DNA of 63,950 nt, the filler included, from Octopus bimaculoides (lineage: Eukaryota): the NCBI RefSeq assembly GCF_001194135.2. It is 4 parts of 4 records of this genome, joined end to end, with 100 filler letters (N's around TTAATTAATTAA, not from the genome) between each part and the next. Parts side by side here need not be neighbours in the genome. Positions count along the whole stretch, not along the records: positions 1 to 18,563 come from NC_068985.1; positions 18,664 to 39,850 come from NC_068989.1; 2 more parts are not named here. One strand, written 5' to 3'. Below, piece by piece: positions 13,117 to 24,305 of this stretch. Position 1 is the stretch's first letter; each line of letters begins with the position of its first letter. The notes under the pieces were generated by a model. The model was given only the letters and a program-made list of their open reading frames with translations, made no database searches and was not told where the DNA came from. The position numbers and the translations under genes were made by a program.

Positions 13117-13178
13117 AGAAGAAGAAGAAGAAGAAGAAGAAGAAGAAGAAGAAGAAGAAGAAGAAGAAGAAGAAGAAG

Positions 13179-13234
<56 letters not shown>

Positions 13235-13235
13235 A
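13117..13235. repeat. Compound (AAG)n(AAC)n microsatellite
   Basis: Seen directly; explains the poly-Ser/Cys/Leu/Phe ORFs. Confidence 0.98.
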
Positions 13236-14336
13236 TCAAAAGGTAGAAGATATAGGGATGAAGAAAACGAAGATAAGTGGGGAGGAGAAGGAGGGAAAGA
13301 AGGAGGGAATGAAGGAGGAAGAAAGGAGATAAAGGCAGAACAATAAGTTGTATTGATTAAGTAACTGCAGACTATACGGAATCTAGGAAGAAAATTTAAA
13401 TACATCGCTTCTGCCGGCCCGGTCTAAGATCCGAACGAACACATCTACGGACTTGATGGAATTTGGGCTTTCATACCTTGGTAATTATATCAACGTTATC
13501 AAGTATTCTTAGACAAGAGATGGTACAAATATACGGCAGATAATATCTCAGACAAGGAAAATCGACCAGTTTTCGGCAGGATTTTATCAAGTATTTCCGA
13601 GAAGTATCGGTCCTAACAAATAACAATACATACCTGAAAGAAATGGAAAAATGTTACCAACATATTGATTTATAATTAGAGGGGAACAGCTTCTGGGAAC
13701 TGGGGAGTAGAGACAAACACTCTAATAACAAGGTCTCTTTGAATGATCTAGAATAAATGATACAGAAAAACACATAACAAAGGCAAATATGCTCAACACA
13801 ATATCACAGAGACAAGAGTTAAGGTTGCATACATATTGCTTAGATTGACGTTCGTCCTACAAATCTCTGAAAATCCCCAAGTTAGCAACTTTATTCTACA
13901 GTACCTGAGGTGCTTTATTAGGCCAATATTGACAAAATCTGAAATTAAAGTAGCTAACGTAATATCGTAACCAGGATCTGGTGACACTCTTGTTTACTGT
14001 GCCGCACTCTTCTCTTTAGTAACTATAAAGAAACTGCAATAACTTTGGGTTCTGAGTGTTGTAGCCCAGAGTACACATTACTACACCACAGTGAGCAATC
14101 TCGAGCAAGATATTCCCAAGTACACAGTTCTAAGTTACATCTTTTTATGGTTGTTTTGAGAGTCCCTTTGTAGCTCCACCCCCATCTGAAATTTGCTAGA
14201 ATATTGTTAATACAATAGAAAGTAGAAAACCAAAAATGAGCGACAGAACTTATCGGAAGTGCATAGAGATGCGCTCAGTGCATGAAAACTATGCAGTAAA
14301 ATGATTAAAAAATTCTTGTCAAAACCCACGATACGT

Positions 14337-14870
14337 AAGCGTGGCTGTGGGGCAAGCAGCTTGTTTCCCAGCCATAAGGTTCCGGGTTCAGTCCCACTCT
14401 GTGGTACCTTGGACAAGGGTCTTCTACTATAGCCTCGGGCCGATCAAAGCCTTTTGAGTGGATTTGGTAGACAGAAACTGAAAGAACTCTATCGCGAGTG
14501 AGTGTGTATTTATGGNNNNNNNNNNNNNNNNNNNNNNNNNNNNNNNNNNNNNNNNNNNNNNNNNNNNNNNNNNNNNNNNNNNNNNNNNNNNNNNNNNNNN
14601 NNNNNNNNNNNNNNNNNNNNNNNNNNNNNNNNNNNNNNNNNNNNNNNNNNNNNNNNNNNATATATACAGAGAGAAAGAGAGAGACATATATACACACATA
14701 TATATATAAGTATGTATGTATGCATATGTATGTGTTTGTTCCCCATCACGACTTGACAAGCGGTGCTAGTTTGTTCACTTTCCCGTAACTTAGTGGTTCG
14801 GCAAAAGTGACCGACAGAATAAGTACCAAGCCTAAAAATATAAGTACTGGGGTCGATTCATTCGTATAAA
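14337..14870 (+). mobile_element. SINE family B (tRNA-like head, internal microsatellite and gap)
   Basis: GCGTGGCTGTGGGGCAAGCAGCTTG...GGTTCCGGGTTCAGTCCCAC...GGATTTGGTAGACAGAAACTGAAAGAA, then the tail CTTGACAAGCGG...GTAACTTAGTGGTTCGGC. Confidence 0.9.
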
Positions 14871-15039
14871 ATGACAAAATACAGAAGATAAAAGATAAAA
14901 GGTGCGTGTCTTTTGTAACTAGAAAATTAGTTGATTTTTATCGATGCCTGATTTTTATCGATCTAGTCTAATATCGTTGCTCTTATCGCTGTATAGAATG
15001 CATTTAACTGATATTCATTATCATCAGCCCCTGCATTTT

Positions 15040-15305
15040 ACCCTCTTGAGTCTTAGGACCCATCGGGCAGATTACCCGCTTTCCTTTTGGCGTATTAGGG
15101 ACCGAAGTCACTACATTCTCCTTGAATGGGACACCAATCCGTTGCAGGGTTACACATTCGTAGCTGAATGAACTAGAGCAACATCAAACCATTTATTTTG
15201 CTCATTGCTCAAGGACATAAGCTATCACCTAGTCGAGGAGTCGAAATCGTGATCGCAAAATCGCTTGGGTACAGCACCGTAACCATTAGGCCACGCGCTT
15301 TCACG
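15040..15305 (-). mobile_element. tRNA-derived SINE (family C/D)
   Basis: GCTGAATGAACTAGAGCAAC...GCTCAAGGACATAA...GGAGTCGAAATCGTGATC...TTAGGCCACGCGCTTTCAC on +. Confidence 0.7.
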
Positions 15306-15489
15306 GTTGCTGTTTCACTTACCGCACTTATAACAAAGGTAAGAGAGTTGTCAACAAGAACCACACCCGCTCGACGGAGAGAATTTCTTTAGCTTCAGTG
15401 CTTATTTGGCTCTCATCAACCACTACCATCGGAGATCTCTTTACACTGTATATTGGCTGATAGAAAATTTAACATTTTGTGTAACAAAC

Positions 15490-16140
15490 CAGCACATATA
15501 TCACAGAATATATAATTCTACTTCCGCACATCACCTATCATTATTTCTATACCTATACACAACTTCTCACTCTGTATCTATACATCACCTAACGCTATTT
15601 CTACACAGACCTAACATCAACTCTATATACACCATCTAACGCCTACACTCCATCTAACGCTAAATCTACACCCTCACCGACACTATTTCAACGCATCATC
15701 TAATACTATTGCTATATACCTTTTAACATAATTTCTATAGTTTCCGAGAAGTATCGATCCTAACAATTTCCGAGAAGTATCGGTCTTAACAAATTTCCAC
15801 TATTCTACACCCTCACCAAAGCTATATCTATCCATACAACACTTTCTATACACCCCTAATACTATTTCTACACACCATCTAGCACTATCGCTATACACCT
15901 TTCTATCCTTTCAACACTCTTTCCAGAGACTCCTAACACTATTTCCACACACCGTCTAACACTATTATTACACACCTCCTAACATTATTTCTATATTCTA
16001 TACACTATCTAAAACTATTTCTACACTCCCTTAACATTCTCTCTATGTACATCTTAACAGCAATTTCTACTCACCATCTCTCACTACATCTATGCATACA
16101 AGACTGTTTCTACACACCGCATTTCCATATCCTCTTCCAC
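15490..16140. repeat. G-poor degenerate minisatellite / low-complexity tract (CTATTTCTACAC-like units)
   Basis: Repeated ACTATTTCTACAC/CTATACACC variants; G is nearly absent on + except in the 15741-15793 insert. Confidence 0.8.
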
Positions 16141-16899
16141 TCAGCAAACACTATTCACAACTAATGAATCCTTCCTGTCATTTTATTGGTCTTATATGAC
16201 ATATTGATATCGCCTTTGAAGTGCAATGTTCCATATATAACATTGATTTTTACAATTTCCTATACAAATATAACCAGGCGTTTATAGCGAAGAATTATTT
16301 TGCCTACTGTTTTGGTTCAAGCTGGAGCAATATTATCAAAGACATGGTGTAATCTTTCAAAAATCGTTATTTTCCCATACCCGTGAATTTATAACCCTAT
16401 TTTATAATTTCATTTTCTGTTTTTATTTTATTAATTTCTGCCATTTCCCTTCTGTTGTTACCAACGACTTCACACGCATAAATTCACAATTAATATCTTC
16501 ACTAAACCTGCGTGTTGTTTGAAGTAAGGATTGCATTTGATCTCTGTTCTATGTAATCAGATTTAACACACCTATACCTGCGCGGTAATAATTGATTTTA
16601 TGCTACCAACCTTGTATTCCTGAGCACGTTATTGGCTTCTTGCGTATCATAAACAGGAGAAGAGATAAACCAGCAACGTAGCAAAGTCCTCTCTAGTGAC
16701 TGCAATAATCATTATACATTTGTTAGAAGAGGTTTATTTTTATTGAAGTCGTGCGAGGTTCTTCACTGGAGAAATCTATTAAATTTCTTTTTAAATTTAA
16801 AATTGATTTCAATAAATATTTTCTGCTATCGAACTAATATTAAAAGAGGAAACTCACAAATATGAAACTATATGCACTAAAACGCTAAATCAGAAAATC

Positions 16900-16930
<31 letters not shown>

Positions 16931-17169
16931 TGTATGTATGCATGTATGCATGCATGTATGCATGTATGTATGTATGTATGTGTGTGTGTTGTGTGTGTGT
17001 GTGTGTCTGTGTGTGGGTGTGTGTATGCGTGTGTGTGTGTGTGTGTGTGTGTGTTTATTTCAAGTCTGTGCATGATGAATGTTTTATAGTTGCGAAAGAA
17101 TTTGCACAAATCCAATCCTAGTCTCTGAACATGGACAACATAGACTCGAAAAGAACTACTCATCGAATA

Positions 17170-17520
17170 TTGTTAGTGTCGCACGTTGTCTCTCATTGTT
17201 ACCCTCTCCTAGAGAGATGTTGTGACAACAACAAATGGATTTCCCACCCCCAGTGGGGCAACCACGCGCCTGGAAATCAACCCAGTTATTTCCACGTCCC
17301 CGCACATACATACATGCATACACATACATGTACACATCGCGTTAGATGGCCGTTGACTGCTCGTGAGCTCTTCTGGTGTATGACAGGTCCTCACCAAACA
17401 AGCTTGATGAGGTTGCCAGTTTAGTCGCCGACGACCCGACCATGAAACAAGTTATACTGGATTACATGTTACCAGTATCGCCCAAGAGCAACCTGACATA
17501 AAGTCACTTGAAAACTATGT
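17170..17520 (-). mobile_element. Interspersed repeat homologous to 43050-43360, probable LINE 5' region
   Basis: Reverse complement TACTGGTAACATGTAATCCAGTATAACTTGTTTCATGGTCGGGTCGTCGGCGACTAAACTGGCAACC aligns with 43077-43143. Confidence 0.7.
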
Positions 17521-17749
17521 AAGACTTATCACAAAAATAGCTGGTCGTAGCCCTCACATATGTGGGGCTTTCGATCAGACAGTGACAATCCTAGAACACG
17601 AGTTTACAGTCATGTATGTATGTATGTATGTATGTATGTATGTATGTATCTATGTATGTATGTGAACAAAACCACACACACATGTGCATGTTTGTATGCG
17701 TATTATTCTAACATGTGGAATAATAAAAAAGCTTTTACATATTATATAT

Positions 17750-18302
17750 ATATCATTGGCTACTATGCCGGAAGTATGGATACGAGGTAACGGGTGCTTG
17801 GTACTTACATACACCGGAAAAGGTAATGGACGAAAAGAGGAAGGCGAAAGTCTTGTGGGACTTTGACTTCTAGACAGACAAGGTGTTAGAACACCGAAGG
17901 CCGGATATAGTAAACTTTAGGAGGGACAAACAAGAGTGCCTAATAATCGACGTGGCAGTGCCAAGAGATCAACATATTATCATCAAAGAAAGAGAGAAAG
18001 AGAGAAAAGTGATAAATATGGATACCTGAAAACTGAGATCACTAAATTGTGGCAGCTACGAGAGTCAAACATATAAAGGTTGTTCTTTTTGTCATCGGAG
18101 CATTGGGTTTAATACCATCCAACTTGAAGAAAACATCTGGAAACTTTAGAAATATCAAAGAGTATAGGTGTATTGCAAAAATCGGTATTACTTGGAACTT
18201 CACGTATAATGCGTAAAGTATTATGTGTGAGATCCTTGTTGTGACTAGACACACAATATCGTCAATCAACAACATCACGATATTGGATACTGTGCGACGT
18301 CT
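17750..18302 (+). mobile_element. R4/Dong-like non-LTR retrotransposon 3' fragment (restriction-like endonuclease domain), pseudogenised
   Basis: HWLLCRKYGYEVTGAWYLHTPEKV...VLWDFDF*TDKVLEHRRPDIVNFRRDKQECLIIDVAVPRD...KYGYLKTEITKLW...VIGALG...LQKSVLLGTSRIMRKVL: PD-(D/E)xK endonuclease motif; followed by AAT/AAG/AAC repeats. Confidence 0.85.
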
Positions 18303-18422
18303 TAATAATAAAAATGATAAGAATAATAAGAAAAAGAAGAAGAAGAAGAAGAAGAAGAAGAAGAAGAAGAAGAAGAACAACAACAACAGCAACAACAACA
18401 ATAATAATAATAATAATAATAA

Positions 18423-18453
<31 letters not shown>

Positions 18454-18563
18454 AAGAAGAAGAAAGGAAATATACATGAAATTTCCTTATATATTTAAAA
18501 TCACTTGTTCTACAAAGTTGCAGTGATCGGCTATATTTCCAGCTAAAATACTCTCTCTCTCTG

Positions 18564-18663
18564 NNNNNNNNNNNNNNNNNNNNNNNNNNNNNNNNNNNNN
18601 NNNNNNNTTAATTAATTAANNNNNNNNNNNNNNNNNNNNNNNNNNNNNNNNNNNNNNNNNNNN
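18564..18663. other. Scaffolding placeholder N44-TTAATTAATTAA-N44
   Basis: An identical 100-bp construct occurs at 39851-39950 and 61936-62035; the 12-mer places stops in all six frames. Confidence 0.92.
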
Positions 18664-21553
18664 ACTAAGATGACTGTGATTTGACAGTGTTTTGTCTTGT
18701 TGGGGACATCTGTACTTCATTGGATTTTAGTGACAAACGCTTGTACAACACCTTTGCCACTCTCTAGGTCAAAATAGTATAATCCAGTGACAAGCGAGAG
18801 CAAGATGACTAGTACTAAGTTGACTGCAGGTTTTATATCAGAGTATCCTCTCCTAGGCTTTTTCCTCAAAAGGAGACTGCAAGCCAGCAGTGGTAGATCA
18901 ATTTGAATTCGGAGTTTTATTCTCCTATACTGGTTGTCCCAACCACGACCTCATTAAAAAAAAAAAAAAAAAGGATCAAAAAGTCTTACTTGGTGCATGT
19001 AGATTTGAAAGATTTGAAAGATATGTTCCGTGAAGTGAATGCATGAAATACAAGATCAATCCCAAGTACTAAAGAATGAAGTGTTTCACGTTCGCCGCCT
19101 TACGTCAGTTTCATGTTAGTCCATATGACAAAATGAACAATGAATTCCACCTAGAATTACAAATGACAAAATAATTTATATTATCCATGTAAAAATAAAA
19201 CAAATAAAAACACAAAAACACCAGGAATAAATTTACTGGATATCTACAGCATGTCACTAACGAACGAGATACACTTTAACGTAAGCGCACGATACACTTC
19301 ATCAGCTGCTTAACATATATCATCGTGATTTTGTGTCAGCGTGTCTTTTTGTTTAATTCCATATAATTAAAAGCATTCAGCCATTCCCACTTCTTATATA
19401 ACAGAAATAATGATGGCCGTTGTGCCTCTCTATTTTGAGATGTTTTGTAATTAGAGACTTATGCTACGCTTTCTTAGTAGCAAAATAGCAAAGTAGAATT
19501 GTCTCTTATTCACAGTCGTCCATGTTGTCGTCGCTGCCGGCGTCATTGTTGATGTCGATGTCGTTCATTATCCAACGTCTAGCTTTCATCTAACTCAACG
19601 CGGACCAGTGGTCTTCAAGCCACTTTCGTGGTAGGATCTTTTTCAATAAATAACGCCATATGACTACTTATTTGAGATGTCGCGTCATATTACGTACTGT
19701 AATGTGTAGTTTGGAAGTGACTGAAATGCCATTTGGAACCAATTAAGGGACAATGTAGGGCCCCCAATTGCAAGTTCTTCGATGCAACCATTAATATGGT
19801 CTTGTGGGTCAGACTCTTGACGTTGCTGGCCATTGATTTCCAATACTTACCGATATAACAGAAGAGTATAACTAAAGGCGTTCCAGCCAGGTAAGTGACA
19901 GTACTTTTAAAAGCATTTTTTGTCAATCCTGCTGATATTGGAACGTTACTTAGACATGTGTCCTTACTTTTATAACCGTAAGTATATGAATTAAGCGAAA
20001 TATTGTTTCTCTTTCTAGCAGATCAATCGACCAAAGAGATTATGTGTACGCCGTCTGTATAACGACACAATCTTTGACTTAATCGACCATTAATTTAGAT
20101 ACAGTGCCAATATCATTCACGCTGATATCTATGCCCGTGTAGACGTAAATAGAGACACACAATAGTTATAATTACAAGCATATACCCATATATGCATGCA
20201 AATATAGATGCAGATTCACTCATGCAAAAAGTACACACACACACGTAAGCTTATTCACTAACATACCCACACACACACTAAAGCATGCACACACATACAC
20301 ACAGACTCGAATATATATTTATGTATGTGTGCATATACGTATATTACAGTGTGCTTGAAAAATTTATTTTAGAATTTGAATGGCTTAACATTCCATATTG
20401 TGTGAAAGCTTTAGAAAACTAAGAAAAAGTATCAAGCAGATAAATAAACTAGTAGGGAGTTTAAAATTTGGATTCCGTCACCCACTGGGTACTGAATTTT
20501 AACTGAGTTTCTGAAATTTTTGGAACTGCAACATTATTTATTTCTAGTTGTTTTTCCTTCGGACTACTGTATTTTGTTCAAAAATCAAAAAAAAAACTAT
20601 TTCATTATATATAACAATACCATCTTTTTATTTAGTAGAGAATGTGCAGACAATTTAATTTTTATAAAAAAAGATATACATATACTAAAATAAATATAAA
20701 TATGAAACTTTCTTTCCTGAGAATTGGACATTTTTTGCGTTATTTGTAACATAATCATACTGTTTGTGTACAACTGGTAACTATTATAATCTATATTTTT
20801 CTAGCTTACGATGAAATCTAAGTAGAAATACCTCAACTTTGACTTTTCTAATCTTAAATGTGCAACCTACTTATTTTAGGAAAAAAAATTATATGCAGCA
20901 TAAAAAATTGTGGGAAACCTCATATAAGACATTGCCTGTGAGTCATGAAATAGATTACCAAAAAATATCTAGCTTTGAAGAACTTCTATTTCACTACGTA
21001 TAGTATTAACTAAAAAACTGTAAGCTATGTAGTAGGTGGTCTTTGGTAAAATAAAATTAAACAACACTGCAAAGCTGCAAGCATTCCATTTCCAAATATA
21101 AGAGAGTTTTTGTATAGAAGAAGATTAATGACCGTAAATGATGAAGTGCCTTTATATTTATTCATATAAAAGTAGTTGACTTTGAAGAGCATCTGATAAA
21201 TTCTAAAGATAAAAATGATATTGATGCACAACACAACCGAAATTAGAGTGCTGGACATCGGTAGAGTTTATTGAATGGCAAACTTTAAAAGTCAGAAATA
21301 TGCAAATAAGATTTTTTAAACATGGGTTTGTTTAATATACGACTACTATAAATATCAGATTACAGCTCTGAGGAGTGGTTAACAAATAGAAAATGGTCCT
21401 TCAGGAAACACTCAACCACACATAAAACGTATTGTATATATATATTTACATTCTTAAGTCATGAACAGTTTGGTTTTGAAATGTTTTAAACAATTTCAGA
21501 ACATATTTGACTCATGTTTATGAATCAAAATCATTAGTGTATGTTTGTGTGTA

Positions 21554-21627
<74 letters not shown>

Positions 21628-23066
21628 CTTGCTTCTGTGAGATATGCAACTCTACTTTGAATTCTTGCTATATATGAAACCCCATACGTCATTCAGTCCC
21701 AGAAGTTACCAAATCTGTCACCTCGTTGGCATCACTAATGCAAATATTCATCTCTCACATAGACTTGACTGAAGCCATCCAATCATTGGGGAAATTGCAT
21801 TAATTATATTGACTCTAAGGATAAGATTTATTTTTTTTTACTTATTTTAACAGTTTCTACCGTTAGTCAATAAGATGTCCACTAGGTCGGACATGGTAGT
21901 TAGGAGTTGGACAGAAGAACTAAATATGTCAGTTGGTTATCGAATTTGCTGTTGTTGTTGTTGTTGTCGTTACCGTCGTTGTTGTTGCTTAGATTCAACA
22001 AATCCCTAACGGATTAGAGTTATGGCCAATTACATTAACCTTATGAACATCTCGCCTCATTTTTCAAACACGGTTTATGTACGGCTAAATCAGCCAATGT
22101 ATGCTTTCTTTGCTTTAACATATCCTTGTAACTTCTGTGATATCTAATCTCTAGTTCTTCGAGAACAGGTCACTAAATCTCTTTATCAGCAGCATAAAGA
22201 TTCTCAGTGGTGGCTATGCATGTAGGTTTCTTGTTAAATTTCTGCCTTCCATATCAATCCATAGTGTGTTATACAGATGACACCTGCATGCGTCAAATTA
22301 AGACAGCCAAAGGGTGCATATGTCTATGCGTAATCAAAAATCAAAACAAACAGAAGAGGTATATCCAGAAAGAAGGGTGAATAAAACCCTGAAATACATC
22401 AGAAATTAAAGAATGTTTGTCGCACAAAAGAGAAAGACAGTAGTGGCTTGATAACAAAACTTGATCAAGAAATGATCAACTTAAAACTCATAGCATTAGG
22501 AAAAACAATGATATTGTTGCCTCACGGGACTCGTTACAGGGTGGTGAATAAATAAAGTTTGATATATTGATGTATTCATTAAATAAATCATTGACATATG
22601 CACTTTTTCTCGCTCTCTCTTACTCTAACACACACGCACCCACTCACGCACACACACACACACACATACAGAGAAACACACATGGCACGCACATACAAAA
22701 CTGCACCCTCCGTAAATATAGGTGTTTGATGACGTCTTGTTACATTAGATTTTTTATTCATTGAAATCCCTTAGAGAGTACGTTGGTATTTCTTTGTTTG
22801 ATACTGGGTTCGATGCCAGCGTTTTGTGACAACATTTTCTGAGATGCGATAGTTAGAAGATTTGATCTCAATACCGAAAAATGCCTAGTGGCATCTTATC
22901 CGATTCTCTAAATATCTCTTCTCAGTATCGATGAACACCGAAAAGAAAGTTTAGCATGACTGCACTTGAATGCGGAGCGCTCAGACAGCAAGGTCAAATA
23001 ACACATGACTTTATTTCCATACTGTAACTCTTTTGCAAATTTGCTACCATTTGTTTGTCGCATATA

Positions 23067-24305
23067 TAGGGTGTGTAAAGTATTTAAGAGCATATATATA
23101 CTTACATAAAAATGACTCTTAGGAACAGACAATAATCCTTTTTTACTGAAAATAAAAACTTTGAGATAAGAATAAACATGTATCGTCATTTTATTCAATA
23201 AAGTCTCCTTCGGCTTCAATAACGGCTTCTATGCGAAGTCTGAATCACCTACAATCGAAGATCAATTGGTCTGTGTTCATATGTGACATTATTCTGACTA
23301 TGGAAGCTGTTGGGGATTCTTTGGTGTTATGAGGATGCTCAGTAATCGCTTTATCAACTACGTACTATTGATAGTAGTTGAATGGATTGAGACCTGGGGA
23401 GCTAGGAAGCCAAATGTCGGAGTTTAAGTGGCCATGAAAATTTTCCGCCATCCATTCCTGCGTTGCTGTAGCCTTATGTGATAGTGCTGAGAATTGTTGA
23501 AACACAAGGTCTTCCGTTGAATACATTTTGGATCATTAGTTTATCCACTGTATTCAGAACTTCTATGTATGCACCAGAGTCTACCCGAAGACTTTGTGGA
23601 AAGAAATGGTGAGGCATCACATATCCTTCATTGCTGATAACCCCCAAAACCATGACAGTCGCAAAAAATTTTGTATGCATTACTATGGAAATTCCGAAGG
23701 GTCTGTACATAGCCATCTGTCATTTCTTCTGTGTACGTTCTGATCTTGATCTAAGTTTTTTCTCGCCTGAGAAGAACTAAATGCTGTGTTTTTAAGTTTG
23801 TTCAGAAGTTTAGATCTGATTAAGCGATTTTCTTTCACTATTTCTGTCATGAAATGACTTTTCTCATCGCATAAGATTTGTATCTGATGTTTTTGTGGAC
23901 AGCATTTCGGATTGTCCATTGTGACGCATGGTGTTCATTTGCAATCATGCATCTCCCGGCATTGTCATCAATGGTCTATTTTACTTGTTAAATAAATTCT
24001 GGTGTTCTCTTCGTATCAATGCGTCTTCACTGTCTCTTACGTTTTGATACTGGCGATACATTTCCGTCTTTAGCCTTTAAATCTTTGCGAATGTTGTAGA
24101 CGAAGGTCCTAGCGACTTATAAAAATCGTGCTATTTTTAAATTGCTATGTTCACCCTTTATAGCCACGATGAGTGCGTGCTTCTTCATTTCTTGTGTAAT
24201 CATAAGGTCTGCTATTGATAATTTTGAAATATAGAAAATATTCAGTTGATAAATATGCTGCTGTATTAAAATTAACATGTGTCCTCAAATACCTAACGCA
24301 CTCTG
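23067..24305 (-). mobile_element. Full-length decayed Tc1/mariner transposon (maT/DD37D type)
   Basis: Imperfect TIRs TAGGGTGTGTAAAGTATTTAAGAG and (rc) CAGAGTGCGTTAGGTATTTGAGGA; TA dinucleotides at 23065-66 and 24306-07; ~1.24 kb long. Confidence 0.85.
23191..24203 (-). pseudogene. Mariner-family transposase pseudogene
   Basis: MITQEMKKHALIVAIKGEHSNLKIARFL...IRYKSY.MR...KENRLIRSK.LLNKLK...NLDQDQ...NDRWLCTDPSE.PIVMHTKF.ATVMVLGVISNEGYVMP...WLPSSPGLNPFNY...RIEAVIEAEGDFIE*, with multiple stops and frameshifts. Confidence 0.9.

Noticed and set aside
13730-14190. Possible second CR1-like 3' relic (YLRCFIRPIL...)
   Set aside because: Too degenerate to support by eye.
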